NCBI GenBank assembly: GCA_963822445.1
Contig: CAWGHO010000002.1
Span: forward strand, 2,432,001 to 2,496,000
Source: an uncultured Acidobacteriota bacterium
GTDB taxonomy: Bacteria; Acidobacteriota; Thermoanaerobaculia; Gp7-AA8
Direction of reading: 5' to 3'
Length of the DNA: 64,000 bases
The translations under genes were made by a program, and so were the position numbers. A model generated the notes under the pieces. The model made no database searches. It saw only the letters and a program-made list of their open reading frames with translations, and had not been told where the DNA came from. Of this stretch, positions 47,403-57,803 are shown one piece after another. The stretch's first letter is position 1. Every line of letters starts with the position of its first letter.

Positions 47403-49106
47403 TCATCTCATGTCCTGGGCGATGATCTGCTCGCGCGTGAACCCCGTCGTGTTCGAGACCTGGTCGACCACGCCGATGGAGATCTTGTTCAGACCCTTTT
47501 CCATGAGCATGTCCAGCGTGTACGTGTAGTACTTGCCCTTCAGGCTCTTCATCTGCTCGGCGGTCACGCGGATCTGGTGCGATTTGCGGGCGATGTCGGA
47601 CATGTCGTTGTGCTTGTTCGCCACGACCACGTACACGTCGAACCCGCCGACAAACTCATCACCCTGCGGCAGAAGCGTCAGCGATTCCATCGGGATGATC
47701 ACGTCCACCGGCACGCGGTAGTAGCCGTCGTCGGTCGGCAGGGTGCGGCCCATGCGCGCGAGGATGCGCATGTCGTTGTCCTTGGTCTGGTAGAGCAGAT
47801 TCGCGACGGCGCGATCGCCCATCTCCGCGTAGACCGACTTCTCGACGAAGGTCTGGCGGTTGCGGACGACGTAGTCCTTGTTCTTGACCTTCACGTTGAT
47901 GTAGCGCTGCCGGTCGACGCGCTCCGTTCCGGCGCGGTAGCCGAGGGAGTAGTACGACTCGAGATCGCGGGTGATCTTGCGGAAGGCCTCCGCGAAATTG
48001 TTCGTGTTCACCGAGGCCAGGCCGCCGGTCATGTTGGCCATGTGCATCATCGACTCGATGGTGTTCTGCGACGCGGCATGGGTGACGGCGGTGGGAACCG
48101 GCCGGGCGTGCTCCGCCGACATCTCCGTGCCCATCGAGAGCCCGGCCGCGTGAACCGTGTAGAGGGTGATGCCGTTGGCGTTCGCGGTCTTGCCGACCTG
48201 CGTGATCAGGTTGCTGCTGTCGAAGTGCATGCCTTCGATCATCGTCGAGCCGACGTTCGACCAGCCCTTCTCGCGCGAGATCTCATCGACCATGTAGAAC
48301 ATTTCGCGGCCGGGCTGCATGGGGAAGCCTTCACTGGTCAGAACCAGGATCTTCTTTCCCTCGACGCCGGCCAGCGTGGTCATCAGAGCGTTGAGCGAGG
48401 CGACGCTCTGCCGGAGATCGTGCTCGACCGAGCTCGCGTACGCGCGGGCGGTCGCGATTGCGTCGGTGTACGACGGTGCCTCGCGAATGCGGTCCTCGAC
48501 GTCACGCCGCTCGCTGCGGTTGGCGATGCCCTGGCCGGATTCGCCCGCGACGGTATCGAGGATCGACTCGATCTGTTTCGGATCGCGGGTGAACGGCACG
48601 CGTACCTTCATGCTGCGGTTGTAGGTCGCGACCATCGCTTCGTCGCCGGGGCGCATCGCCGTCTTGAGGAACTCCTTCATGTCCTTGAAGACGCGGTTCC
48701 GGTTGAACGGCGCGAGGCTGAGGTTGTCGATGTAGAAGATGATCCGCCGCTTCATGTTGTCGGGGATGTCTTCCGAGCTCTGGGGCGCCGCCGGCTGGGC
48801 GGGCGGAACGGGCGCGTTCGGAACCGAGTCGGCGACGACGTTCTTGGCCTGGCTTCCGGCGACCTCGTAGAAGTTCGTGATCGGCTTGGGAACGTTGTTC
48901 TCGCGGATCTCGAAATCGTCTTTGGTGAGACCGGCGATCGGATTGCCGCGGCGGTCGGTGACGACGACGTCGATGTTGATGATCCGGACGTCGATGTTCA
49001 TCGAGACCGGCGGCGGAGCCGGGTCTGTCTGCGGCTGCAGTTTGCCCTGCGCGGCCATCTGAGCCGTCAGGCTGATCGCTGCAAAAAGTACGAGGGTGCG
49101 TTTCAA
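47403..49106 (-). CDS. Secreted VWA domain protein (acidobacterial VWFA-related type)
   Basis: Signal peptide; DVVVTDRRGNPIAGLTKDDFEIRENN, GKKILVLTSEG, MANMTGG, YYSLGY. TTG start with GGGAGG RBS. Confidence 0.82.
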   Translation of the reverse strand: MKRTLVLFAAISLTAQMAAQGKLQPQTDPAPPPVSMNIDVRIINIDVVVTDRRGNPIAGLTKDDFEIRENNVPKPITNFYEVAGSQAKNVVADSVPNAPVPPAQPAAPQSSEDIPDNMKRRIIFYIDNLSLAPFNRNRVFKDMKEFLKTAMRPGDEAMVATYNRSMKVRVPFTRDPKQIESILDTVAGESGQGIANRSERRDVEDRIREAPSYTDAIATARAYASSVEHDLRQSVASLNALMTTLAGVEGKKILVLTSEGFPMQPGREMFYMVDEISREKGWSNVGSTMIEGMHFDSSNLITQVGKTANANGITLYTVHAAGLSMGTEMSAEHARPVPTAVTHAASQNTIESMMHMANMTGGLASVNTNNFAEAFRKITRDLESYYSLGYRAGTERVDRQRYINVKVKNKDYVVRNRQTFVEKSVYAEMGDRAVANLLYQTKDNDMRILARMGRTLPTDDGYYRVPVDVIIPMESLTLLPQGDEFVGGFDVYVVVANKHNDMSDIARKSHQIRVTAEQMKSLKGKYYTYTLDMLMEKGLNKISIGVVDQVSNTTGFTREQIIAQDMR

Positions 49107-49231
49107 GGGTTGGCCTCCCGAAGGCTCAGACGAATATGTCGGGCTCCACGTTCCTCGCGGGACCCGTGGCGCGGTCCATGCGAGAATACGGAACCGCCGG
49201 GCGAAACCCCTCCGTGGATGTGAACATTCCG

Positions 49232-50140
49232 ATGCGATCCTCGCCGCAAGTCCAACCGGGCAAACAAGATCCGGTCGCCTTCTCCAAGATGGCCGGGGGC
49301 GGGAACGACTTCGTCGTGATCGACAATCGGGCCCTCAAAATCACTGAGGCCGAGGAGCTGACGCGGCGGATCTGCACCCGGGCGCTTTCCGTGGGCGGCG
49401 ACGGACTCATCCTCATCGAGAACTCGGTCCGGGCCACCTTCCGCATGCGCTACTACAACTCCGACGGCTCCCTCGGCGAGTTCTGCGGCAACGGCACCCG
49501 CTGCGCGGCGCGCTTCGCGTTCATGAACGTGATCGCCGGCAAGCAGATGACCATCGAGACCGACGCGGGGATCGTCAGCGCGGTCATCGGCGATGCCGGA
49601 ACGGTCACGATCACCCTTCCACCGCCCTACGCGTTCCGGCCGGAGCGGCCGGTGAAGGTCGGGGAGACGGTCGTTCGCGGCTCCTCGATCATGGTCGGCG
49701 TGCCGCATTACGTGATCTTTCTCCTGGATGATCTTTGGAATCAGGACATCGCCCCTTTGGGCCGCGCCATCCGCAAGCATCCCGAGATGCAGCCGCAGGG
49801 AACGAACGTGAACTTCGTGGTCGTGCGTGACGACCATTCGATCGAAGTGCGGACCTACGAACGGGGCGTGGAAGCGGAGACGCTTTCCTGCGGATCGGGT
49901 GTCGTGGCCTCCGCGGTGACGAGCGGGCTGTTCGGGCGGGTGAAGTCGCCGGTGAATGTGCTGGTGCGCAGCGGAACGACGTACGAGGTCGCGTTCGACA
50001 TGGTCAGCGGCGGCGTCGACAACGTCCGTCTGAAAGGCGATGCCCGCCTGATTTTCAAGTCCACGCTCACGCCGGAGACGCTGGAAGGGTTCGATCCCGA
50101 TTTCGTCCGCGATCCGGCGGCTGCTACGGTTACTCAGTGA
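49232..50140 (+). CDS. dapF: Diaminopimelate epimerase (start uncertain)
   Basis: FSKMAGGGNDF, NSDGSLGEFCGNGTRC, GTNVNF, TYERGVEAETLSCGSG. Confidence 0.93.
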   Translation: MRSSPQVQPGKQDPVAFSKMAGGGNDFVVIDNRALKITEAEELTRRICTRALSVGGDGLILIENSVRATFRMRYYNSDGSLGEFCGNGTRCAARFAFMNVIAGKQMTIETDAGIVSAVIGDAGTVTITLPPPYAFRPERPVKVGETVVRGSSIMVGVPHYVIFLLDDLWNQDIAPLGRAIRKHPEMQPQGTNVNFVVVRDDHSIEVRTYERGVEAETLSCGSGVVASAVTSGLFGRVKSPVNVLVRSGTTYEVAFDMVSGGVDNVRLKGDARLIFKSTLTPETLEGFDPDFVRDPAAATVTQ

Positions 50141-51177
50141 AGAATCTGTGGTGGCTTGTTGTCGCGGCGCTCGCGGCGTACGCGTGTCAACTCGCCGTGC
50201 ATCATCCGACGCCGATCGATCGCGCGCTGCCGTTCATCGCCATCGCCGTGACGGTGCTGGCCTGGGCCACGTATCCGGTGGTGATGGTGGCGGTGCCGGT
50301 GTTGATCGTGGCGGAAATCGCGATCGCGGATGAGGGGATGCGGTTGCTGGCCTTTGGCCTGATTTGGAGTGCGGCGGCTCTGCCGCCGCTTTGGAAAGCG
50401 GCAGCAGAGCTGCCGCACTCCATCGTCATCGCCATCACGAGCATCCTCCTCCTCCGCTGGATCCCCCTGACCAACGTCCTCTGGTTCCGCGAGATCTTTC
50501 TGCTCCTCATCGCGATCGCCATCGTTTACGTCCTCGGCCGCACGCCGTTCGCGGTGGCAGTCGCGGTGATCACCGCGCTGGTCACGCCAGCGGTGCCTTT
50601 GCGTACGCTCGCGTTGCCTTTGCTGGTGCTGCTCGTGGTCATCGCGGCGCGAGCGTTCGGCATGCCGAAACTGAAGCTGGTCATCCCCTCGACGATCGCG
50701 CTGGGATTCGTGATGCTCTTCTTCGCCTGGAGCGGCATCGTCGCCCGCGCGTTCCCCTACTTTCTGAATCACGCCCGGGCCGAGCAGGAGCGGCAGTGGC
50801 TCGGCCTCGCGCTCGCGCCGCGGGAGTCGATCGATCTGCAGGTGCCGCACGGAGCCACGGCGTTGATCGTCTCCGGCGCGAACGTCCCGCGCTTCCGGCG
50901 CGGCGCGATCCTTGGCACGATCAATGGCGCCGCGGTCCGCATCGGCGATGCTTCGGACTGGGGCTACATGCGCCGCGATCATTACTTCGGCGCGCGGAAT
51001 CCTCTGCCTCGCGATCCGGCCGGGAAGATTCGCGATTACGGATACGCGGCCTGGGTCGACGGCGCAGGACGCGTGGCTTTGCCGGCCGGCGCGAAGACCA
51101 TTCGCGTCGTCGCTGACGCCGGATTGCCGCGCGATGCATCGCTGCAGGTCGAGGCGTTCGAGCTGATGAAGCGATGA
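50137..51177 (+). CDS. Hypothetical polytopic membrane protein with soluble C-terminal domain
   Basis: GTGA-coupled to dapF and ATGA-coupled to the next gene; about 7 hydrophobic segments. Confidence 0.7.
   Translation: MKNLWWLVVAALAAYACQLAVHHPTPIDRALPFIAIAVTVLAWATYPVVMVAVPVLIVAEIAIADEGMRLLAFGLIWSAAALPPLWKAAAELPHSIVIAITSILLLRWIPLTNVLWFREIFLLLIAIAIVYVLGRTPFAVAVAVITALVTPAVPLRTLALPLLVLLVVIAARAFGMPKLKLVIPSTIALGFVMLFFAWSGIVARAFPYFLNHARAEQERQWLGLALAPRESIDLQVPHGATALIVSGANVPRFRRGAILGTINGAAVRIGDASDWGYMRRDHYFGARNPLPRDPAGKIRDYGYAAWVDGAGRVALPAGAKTIRVVADAGLPRDASLQVEAFELMKR
50365..50422. repeat. Inverted REP-like doublet (GGAG + hairpin) inside the CDS
   Basis: TGGAGTGCGGCGGCTCTGCCGCCGCTTT-gg-AAAGCGGCAGCAGAGCTGCCGCACTCCA: 26/28 inverted repeat, each arm an 8-bp hairpin. 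Confidence 0.75.
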
Positions 51178-52997
51178 TTGCTGCGACGATCGCCGGCCTG
51201 GCCGTTCTTCCGCTGATCGTCCTGCGCGGACGCACGCTGGCCTCGTTTTACGCGGCCGCGGGATGCATCGCGCTGTTCGCCTGGATCCTCACCCGCCGCC
51301 TCGTCGACGTCGATCCCCGCCTCGGCTTCGTCGCCTTCGCGGTGGTCATCGCCGCGGTCTTCTCGCTCTTTCTGGCGATGGGACGGGATGTGAAATGGTC
51401 CGCGAATCGCGCCGCGCTGCTGGCGGCGATCGTCTACACGCTCACCATCGGCGCGATGCTGTACACGCCGATCGATGGGGACGAGCCGTTTTATCTGCTC
51501 GTGACCGAGTCGATCGCGCGCGACTTCGATCTCGACGTTTCCAACCAGTATCGCGAGCTGGCCACGAGCGAGACGGGGCGTCCGGACCTGACGCCGCAAT
51601 TCGGCGATCCGCCGGGCCGCTCGCGGCACGAGCCTTTCCTGTCGCTGCTCATGGTCCCCGGCTACGCCCTCGGCGGCCTGCACGGCGCCATCGCCACGAT
51701 CGCGCTGTTCGGCGTGCTGCTCGTCCGGTCGACCGTTCGCTGGATGGAGGACGAAGGCATTTCCGATTCCGCGGCGCGGGCGGTCTTCCCGTTCTTCGCG
51801 TTCGCGCCGCCGGTTCTGTTTTACGCGACGCGCATCTGGCCGGAAGTGCCCGCGGCGTTCTGCTTCGTCGAGGTCCTGCGCGGCATGCGCAACGAGCGGA
51901 CGAAACGATGGGTGCCTGCGTTGCTCGCGCTGGTGTTGTTGAAGTTGCGGTTCGTGCTGGTGGGAGTCGGATGTCTGTTACTCGCGCGCAAACGAAGAAT
52001 GTTCGCGCTCATCGCCATCCCCCTGGCCATCACGTTCCTCCTCACCGGCACCTTCACCAACGTCCACACCTGGCGCGAGATCATCCCTTCCTTCGATCAC
52101 GCCACCGGCTTTTTCGGCCTGGTCGCCGACGGGATGAGCGGCATCGTCTTTCAGGCGCCGTTCTACCTCCTCGGCCTTTTCGCGATCACCCGCTGGCGCT
52201 CGATGCCGCACGGGTTTCGCATGGGCATGCTCACCTCGCTCCTTTATCTCTTCTACCTGCTGCCGCGGCCGGAGTGGTTTGGCGGGTGGGCTCCGCCGCT
52301 GCGCTACGTCGTCTTCCTCATGCCCGTCCTGGCTCTCGGCGCAGCCGCGGTCTGGGATCGCGTGTCGCGCGGCGCGATCGCGATCATCGCCGTCTGGACC
52401 ACCGGCCTGGTCATCCACGGCCTGACCTTTCCCTGGCGGCTTTTCCACGAGGCCAACGGCGAGAACCCGATCGGCGAATCGTTATCGCGTTTGCATCAAG
52501 CCGATTTCTCGCGTCTCTTCCCGAGCTTCATCCGCGTCAACAACGCGGCGTGGGTCGGGGCCGTCGTGGCGATCGTGCTGATCATCGCGCTGCGGCGGTA
52601 TGCCTTCGACCTGACTATTCCGATCGTGTCACTGGCCATCGCCACGGGGTTCCTCTTCGGAAGACAGCCGGGAGTGCGCGTCGACTTCGAGGATGCGCAC
52701 ATCGTTCGTGAAGGCGGCGATCTCTATCCGCCGATCCACACGGTCATGCGCACGAGCTTGAGGGGCGGATGGGTGCTGGAGGCGGGAGACTCGATGTCCT
52801 TCCTCGCCCGCGATGGTGATTGGACGCTGCACTACATCACCGGACCCGGCGCGATGATCGAAGTGGCCGGCCGCGCCTATCAACTTCCGCCGACCGAAAG
52901 CTATGCAACCGTGCGTGTGCACGTTCCGGCCAGCGGACGGGTTGCGTTGCGCTGCGTATCAGGTGCTGTGAATCTGGATCACATGAAGCATGAGTGA
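51174..52997 (+). CDS. GT-C fold (polyprenol-phosphate-sugar dependent) glycosyltransferase candidate
   Basis: Multi-TM protein with acidic DGDEPFY loop motif, FYATRIWPEVPAA, WFGGWAPPLRY and a soluble C-terminal domain. Confidence 0.65.
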   Translation: MIAATIAGLAVLPLIVLRGRTLASFYAAAGCIALFAWILTRRLVDVDPRLGFVAFAVVIAAVFSLFLAMGRDVKWSANRAALLAAIVYTLTIGAMLYTPIDGDEPFYLLVTESIARDFDLDVSNQYRELATSETGRPDLTPQFGDPPGRSRHEPFLSLLMVPGYALGGLHGAIATIALFGVLLVRSTVRWMEDEGISDSAARAVFPFFAFAPPVLFYATRIWPEVPAAFCFVEVLRGMRNERTKRWVPALLALVLLKLRFVLVGVGCLLLARKRRMFALIAIPLAITFLLTGTFTNVHTWREIIPSFDHATGFFGLVADGMSGIVFQAPFYLLGLFAITRWRSMPHGFRMGMLTSLLYLFYLLPRPEWFGGWAPPLRYVVFLMPVLALGAAAVWDRVSRGAIAIIAVWTTGLVIHGLTFPWRLFHEANGENPIGESLSRLHQADFSRLFPSFIRVNNAAWVGAVVAIVLIIALRRYAFDLTIPIVSLAIATGFLFGRQPGVRVDFEDAHIVREGGDLYPPIHTVMRTSLRGGWVLEAGDSMSFLARDGDWTLHYITGPGAMIEVAGRAYQLPPTESYATVRVHVPASGRVALRCVSGAVNLDHMKHE

Positions 52998-53769
52998 CGT
53001 CGACGTCATCGTCCTCGACATCGACGGCGGCGCGATGCTGGCCGAGTGTCTCGCGTCGATTCACGGCGCGGCGCGGGTGATCGTGTTCGACAACGGCTCG
53101 CGCGTTCCGACCTCTCATCCTGCCGTCGAGATCCTCCGCAGCCAGACCAATCTCGGTTTCGCCCGCGGTGCGAACGAGGCCTGGCGCGCCACGACCGCGC
53201 CCTTCGTCGCGTTGATCAACAACGACGTGGTCCTCGATCGCGACTGGCTGACGGTCGTGCGCGAAGCGATGGATCGCGATGAACGGCTGGCCGCGGTGCA
53301 GACCATCATCCGCCGCCCGGACGGCCGCATCGACGGCGCCGGGATCGACATCAGCGACGGCACGTTTCGCCAGATCGGCCACGGTCAGGATGTCGGAACG
53401 GATCTCGCCGTCGCCTGGGGCGTCTCCGCAACCGCGACGCTCTATCGCCGCGCGGCCATCGGCGAGCGGCTGTTCGTCGAGCGGCTCTTCACGTACTACG
53501 AGGATGTCGAGCTCTCCGCGCGTCTTCGTCAGGAAGGCTGGCGCACCTCGGTGCTCCCGGTCGTGAAAGCAACGCATCGCGGCTCCGCGAGCGCAGGCGT
53601 CCTCGGCCGTGACGCGCTGAGGCTCCGCACGCGCAATCGCTACCTCGTTGCCCGCATGCATCCGGGCACGGGAAGCATCCGCGCGCTGCTGTGGGAAGAT
53701 GCGCGGCTCGCGCTGCGGGGGCGGACCTCGCCGCGCGGCGTGATCGAAGGTTTATGGTCCAGGTTGTAG
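52990..53769 (+). CDS. Glycosyltransferase family 2
   Basis: FDNGS, NLGFARGAN, LINNDV, FTYYEDVELS. Confidence 0.88.
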   Translation: MSDVDVIVLDIDGGAMLAECLASIHGAARVIVFDNGSRVPTSHPAVEILRSQTNLGFARGANEAWRATTAPFVALINNDVVLDRDWLTVVREAMDRDERLAAVQTIIRRPDGRIDGAGIDISDGTFRQIGHGQDVGTDLAVAWGVSATATLYRRAAIGERLFVERLFTYYEDVELSARLRQEGWRTSVLPVVKATHRGSASAGVLGRDALRLRTRNRYLVARMHPGTGSIRALLWEDARLALRGRTSPRGVIEGLWSRL

Positions 53770-54806
53770 TCCACACACCAGACGTCGTCGGCGAGCGCAT
53801 GGCCGGCCCGGGGATTCGCGCGTCGCACCTTGCCGAGGAACTGGGGCGGCATTTTCCGACGACGCTGATTGCGCATGGCTCTACTGAAGCTCGCGAAGCG
53901 CTGCAGAGCGCCGATGTGCTCATCGGCCAGCCCGCCCGCGGATTTCGCAGGCGCCGCCGTGCGCAGAAGATGGTCTTCGACCTCTTCGATCCGAACGTCC
54001 TCGAACTGCGCGAGCTGTACGGAAGCGCACCATCCCTCCGGCAGCGCGTCCATCTCGCCGCGGAGTGGTGGAGGCTGTCGCAGGCCCTTGCCACCGCGGA
54101 CCTCCTCGTCTGCGCCGCCGCTAAACAACGCGAATTCTTCGAGCGGCTGCAGTCCTGCGACGCGCCCTGGATCGAAGTGCCGTTCGGCATCGACCTGGAC
54201 GAGGTCCGCGTCTGCGAAAAGCCTCGTGACAACGTCGTGGTCTGGGGTGGCGGACTGTGGGAATGGCTCGATCCGGCCACGGCCGTCGAGGCCATCGTCC
54301 GCCTGAACGACGAAGGCCTGCGCGCGAAGCTGCTCTTCCTCGGCCGCGCCCGTCCGAGCCGCACCGTGATCGACCGCCGGCGCGAGGACCGGATCGACGC
54401 CCTGCTCCGGCGGGGCCGCGGTCATGTATCGGCGAACGAGGAGTGGGTCCCCTATCGCGAGCGGCTCTCGTGGTTGCGCGCGGGCAAAGTGGCTATCATG
54501 CTCCACCGTCGTACGGAGGAGGCTGAGTACTCGATCCGCACGCGGCTCTTCGATGCGATTGCCGCGGCCGTCCCGGTCGTGGCCACGCGCGGAGGGTTCG
54601 CCGCGGACCTCGTCGAACGCGAAGGCCTCGGCATCGTCGTACCGCCCGAAGATGCCGAAGCGGTGTCCGCGGCGGTGCGAAAGTTACTGACGAACGACGA
54701 TTACCACGCAGCGTGCGTAGAACGACTCGAGCGAATCCGGCCGCGGTTCGCGTGGGAAGTCGTGACACGCCCGCTGGTCGAAGCGATCATGCAATGGCAG
54801 AAGTGA
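53754..54806 (+). CDS. Glycosyltransferase family 4-like
   Basis: GERMAGPGIR, WGGGLWEWLDP, EAEYSIRTRLFDAIAAAVPVV. Confidence 0.82.
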   Translation: MVQVVVHTPDVVGERMAGPGIRASHLAEELGRHFPTTLIAHGSTEAREALQSADVLIGQPARGFRRRRRAQKMVFDLFDPNVLELRELYGSAPSLRQRVHLAAEWWRLSQALATADLLVCAAAKQREFFERLQSCDAPWIEVPFGIDLDEVRVCEKPRDNVVVWGGGLWEWLDPATAVEAIVRLNDEGLRAKLLFLGRARPSRTVIDRRREDRIDALLRRGRGHVSANEEWVPYRERLSWLRAGKVAIMLHRRTEEAEYSIRTRLFDAIAAAVPVVATRGGFAADLVEREGLGIVVPPEDAEAVSAAVRKLLTNDDYHAACVERLERIRPRFAWEVVTRPLVEAIMQWQK

Positions 54807-55804
54807 TGTTCGAACCGACCTTGACGATGCCTCCGGCGGCGGCCGCGCGGACGCTCGACCTTTCCATCCTCATCGTGACGTGGAACAGCGAGCGCTGGAT
54901 CGATCGCTGCCTGCGCTCGATTCCCGCGGCCTGCGAAGGCCTCGAGTACGAAGTGGTCGTCCACGACAACGCGTCCGAGGACAGCACGCTGTCGATCGTC
55001 GGTGGCACCGATGCGACGGTGATCCGGTCGTCATCGAACACCGGGTTCGCGGCTGGAACGAACCGCGCGGTAGATGTCGCGACCGGCCGCTATCTCTTTC
55101 TGCTGAATCCCGATTGCGAGCTGGAGCCGCGCGCGCTGACCCTTCTCTTCAAGTTCCTCGAATCGCATCCGAACGTCGCCGCGGCCGCGCCGCTGCTCAT
55201 CGACGAGAGCGGCCATTCCCAGCGCCATTTCCAGCTGCGGCGCCTGCCGACGCTCCGGAACCTGGCCTCCGAGGTTCTGCTGCTCGACAAGGTTTTCCCG
55301 AAGAACGCGACCACCGCGCATTACCGCTATCGCGATCTCGATCTCACCGAGCCGCGGATCATCGAGCAACCTGCCGCAGCGGCGCTCCTGCTGCGCCGCG
55401 AAGTGATGGCCGACGTCGGCGCATTCGACGAAACCTTCGCGCCGGCCTGGTTCGAAGACGTCGATTACTGCCGTCGCATGGCCGAGAAGAAGAAGGAAGT
55501 GTGGGTGGTACCGGCGGCCCGCGTGCGGCATTTCGGCGGGGCCAGTCTCGAGCACATGCGCTTCGCGCGGTTCACCGAGGTCTGGTACTCGAACATGTGG
55601 CGCTACGCGCGGAAGTGGCTGCGCCCGGGGCAGGCCGAGGCTCTGCGGTGGGTGATCATCGTGGGGATGGTGCTGCGCATCGTGGCGGGGTGCTTCGGCC
55701 TGAAGCCGAAAGGCGTCGAGCGCCGCGAGGCCTTCCGCGCGTACACGGCGGTGCTGAAGAAGGCGATGGACAGATGGCACGAGCCGTCTCGATCGTCCTC
55801 GTAA
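54794..55804 (+). CDS. Glycosyltransferase family 2 (WbbL/rhamnosyltransferase-like)
   Basis: LSILIVTWNS, DNASED, NTGFAAGTN, LLNPDC, AWFEDVDYC. Confidence 0.88.
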   Translation: MAEVMFEPTLTMPPAAAARTLDLSILIVTWNSERWIDRCLRSIPAACEGLEYEVVVHDNASEDSTLSIVGGTDATVIRSSSNTGFAAGTNRAVDVATGRYLFLLNPDCELEPRALTLLFKFLESHPNVAAAAPLLIDESGHSQRHFQLRRLPTLRNLASEVLLLDKVFPKNATTAHYRYRDLDLTEPRIIEQPAAAALLLRREVMADVGAFDETFAPAWFEDVDYCRRMAEKKKEVWVVPAARVRHFGGASLEHMRFARFTEVWYSNMWRYARKWLRPGQAEALRWVIIVGMVLRIVAGCFGLKPKGVERREAFRAYTAVLKKAMDRWHEPSRSSS

Positions 55805-56676
55805 CCTGGAACAGCGGGCAGTACCTGCGCCGCTGCCTCGAAGGAATCCGGCAGCAGACGCATCGCAACGTCGAGCTGATCGTCGTCGACAACGCCTCGT
55901 CGGACGAGTCGGTCGAAGTGGCGACCATCCGCAATCACACCAATCGCGGATTCGCCGCGGCCGTGAATCAGGGCATTGCCGCGGCGAACGGCGAATTCGT
56001 GCAGCTGGTCAATCCCGATTGTTTTCTCGAGCCGGACTACATCGAGCGCTTGCTGCACGTGTTCGACGATCCGACTGTCGGATCGGCGACGGGGAAGTTG
56101 TTGCGGGCCGACGGGAACGGCATCGACTCGATGGGGATCCGCATGACCCGCAGCGGCCGGCATCTCGACATCGACGATCCCGCGGTGCACGGCGAGGTGT
56201 TCGGTGTGAGCGGCGCGGCGGGGATGTATCGCATGTCCTTCCTGCGCGATTGCGCGATCGGCGGCGAGATCTTCGACGAGGATTTTTTCGCGTATCGCGA
56301 GGACGCCGATCTGGCGTGGCGCGGGCGGTTGTTCGGATGGAAGGCGATCTGCGAGCCGCGCGCGGTCGCCCATCATGTGCGTCGTGTGACTCCCGAAGTG
56401 CGACGCGAGTTGCCGGCGGGCATCAACATGCATTCGGTGAAGAACCGCTTCCTGCTCCGAATGAAAAATGAAGGCGCGTACCTGGCGATCCGGAATGCGC
56501 CGTTCGAGCTGTTCCGCGATCTGGTCGTGATCGGGGCCGCGCTGACCATCGAGCGCAGCTCACTTCCCGCGTTTGCATGGCTCCGGCGGAATCGCGCCCG
56601 CGTGCTGGCCAAGCGCCGCGTGATTCAGGCGCGCCGCAAAGTCAGCGATCGCGAACTGGCCAGGTGGTTCGCTTGA
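55774..56676 (+). CDS. Glycosyltransferase family 2
   Basis: VSIVLVTWNS, VDNASSD, NRGFAAAVN, LVNPD, FFAYREDADLAWR. Confidence 0.88.
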   Translation: MARAVSIVLVTWNSGQYLRRCLEGIRQQTHRNVELIVVDNASSDESVEVATIRNHTNRGFAAAVNQGIAAANGEFVQLVNPDCFLEPDYIERLLHVFDDPTVGSATGKLLRADGNGIDSMGIRMTRSGRHLDIDDPAVHGEVFGVSGAAGMYRMSFLRDCAIGGEIFDEDFFAYREDADLAWRGRLFGWKAICEPRAVAHHVRRVTPEVRRELPAGINMHSVKNRFLLRMKNEGAYLAIRNAPFELFRDLVVIGAALTIERSSLPAFAWLRRNRARVLAKRRVIQARRKVSDRELARWFA

Positions 56677-57752
56677 AGGTGGCCATTCTCGGCACGCGCG
56701 GCGTTCCGCCGAATTACGGCGGCTTCGAGACGTTTACGGCGGAGCTGGGGACGCGGTTGGTGCAGCGGGGTGAGGAAGTCAGTGTTTATTGTCGCGAGGA
56801 GGGTGACGCGGAGTGGAACGGCATCCACCGCATCGTCCTTCCGGCCATCGGCCACAAGTATCTCGAAACGGTCAGTCACAGCTTTCTCTCCGCGCTCGAC
56901 GCGCTGAAACGCGACTTCGACGCGGTGCTGGTCTGCAACGCCGCGAACGCGTTCGTGTTGCCGCTGCTGCGCGCGGCGCGCGTTCCGGTCGCGATCAACG
57001 TCGACGGCATCGAGCGCAAACGCCGCAAGTGGAACATCCTCGGCCGCGCCGTCTACGCGACGGGCGAAGCGTTCTCGGTCAGCTTCGCCAATGCCGTCAT
57101 CGCCGATGCGCACGTGATCGCCGATTACTACCGGGATCACTACGGCATCGAGGCGGTGATGATCCCGTACGGCGCCGAGTTTCCGGCCGAGGAGGATTCG
57201 GATGTGCTGGCGCGGCTCGATCTCGAGCCTCGCAACTACATCCTGTACGTCAGCCGCTTCGAGCCGGAGAACAATCCGCTGGAGGTCGTGCAGGTGTACG
57301 AAAAACTGAAGGACGCGCCGCCATTGGTGATGATCGGCAAAGGCCTCTACGCCTCCGACCTCGTTCGCGAGCTCGAGTCTCACGCCAGCGATCGCATCCT
57401 CTTTCCCGGCGCGATCTACGGCCGCGACTATCGAACGCTTCAGCGCAATGCCCTCGTTTACATCCAGGCGACCGAGGTGGGGGGGACGCATCCGGCGATG
57501 ATCGAGGCCATGGCCTCGGGAGGGGCGGTTCTGGCGCACGACACCCCCGAGAACCGGGAAGTGGGCGGCGACGCCGTTGGTTACTTCGAGCTCCGGCCGG
57601 AGCAAACTCTCTCAGGCACACTTCAGGAATGGCTGTCTAACTCGTTGATACGAGAAGACTTCCGCTCGCGGGCGCGTCGACGGGCCAGCGAGCGCTATTC
57701 CTGGGAGAGGGTTGCGGACGAATACCAGAGGTTGCTTCGTAACCTCTTCTAG
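56673..57752 (+). CDS. Glycosyltransferase family 4 with DUF1972-like N-terminus (RgpA/WchF-like)
   Basis: ILGTRGVPPNYGGFETF, NVDGIERKRRKW, SRFEPENN, EVGGTHPAMIEAMA. Confidence 0.88.
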   Translation: MKVAILGTRGVPPNYGGFETFTAELGTRLVQRGEEVSVYCREEGDAEWNGIHRIVLPAIGHKYLETVSHSFLSALDALKRDFDAVLVCNAANAFVLPLLRAARVPVAINVDGIERKRRKWNILGRAVYATGEAFSVSFANAVIADAHVIADYYRDHYGIEAVMIPYGAEFPAEEDSDVLARLDLEPRNYILYVSRFEPENNPLEVVQVYEKLKDAPPLVMIGKGLYASDLVRELESHASDRILFPGAIYGRDYRTLQRNALVYIQATEVGGTHPAMIEAMASGGAVLAHDTPENREVGGDAVGYFELRPEQTLSGTLQEWLSNSLIREDFRSRARRRASERYSWERVADEYQRLLRNLF

Positions 57753-57803
57753 ACGTTTCGGTTGTTCGATCCGTAACATGGGCCGCGGTACCGATAGCGC
57801 GTA

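Noticed and set aside
49107-49231. Riboswitch upstream of dapF (lysine or c-di-GMP type)
   Set aside because: Some hairpin potential, but I could not match any conserved aptamer core; an Rfam/Infernal scan would be needed.
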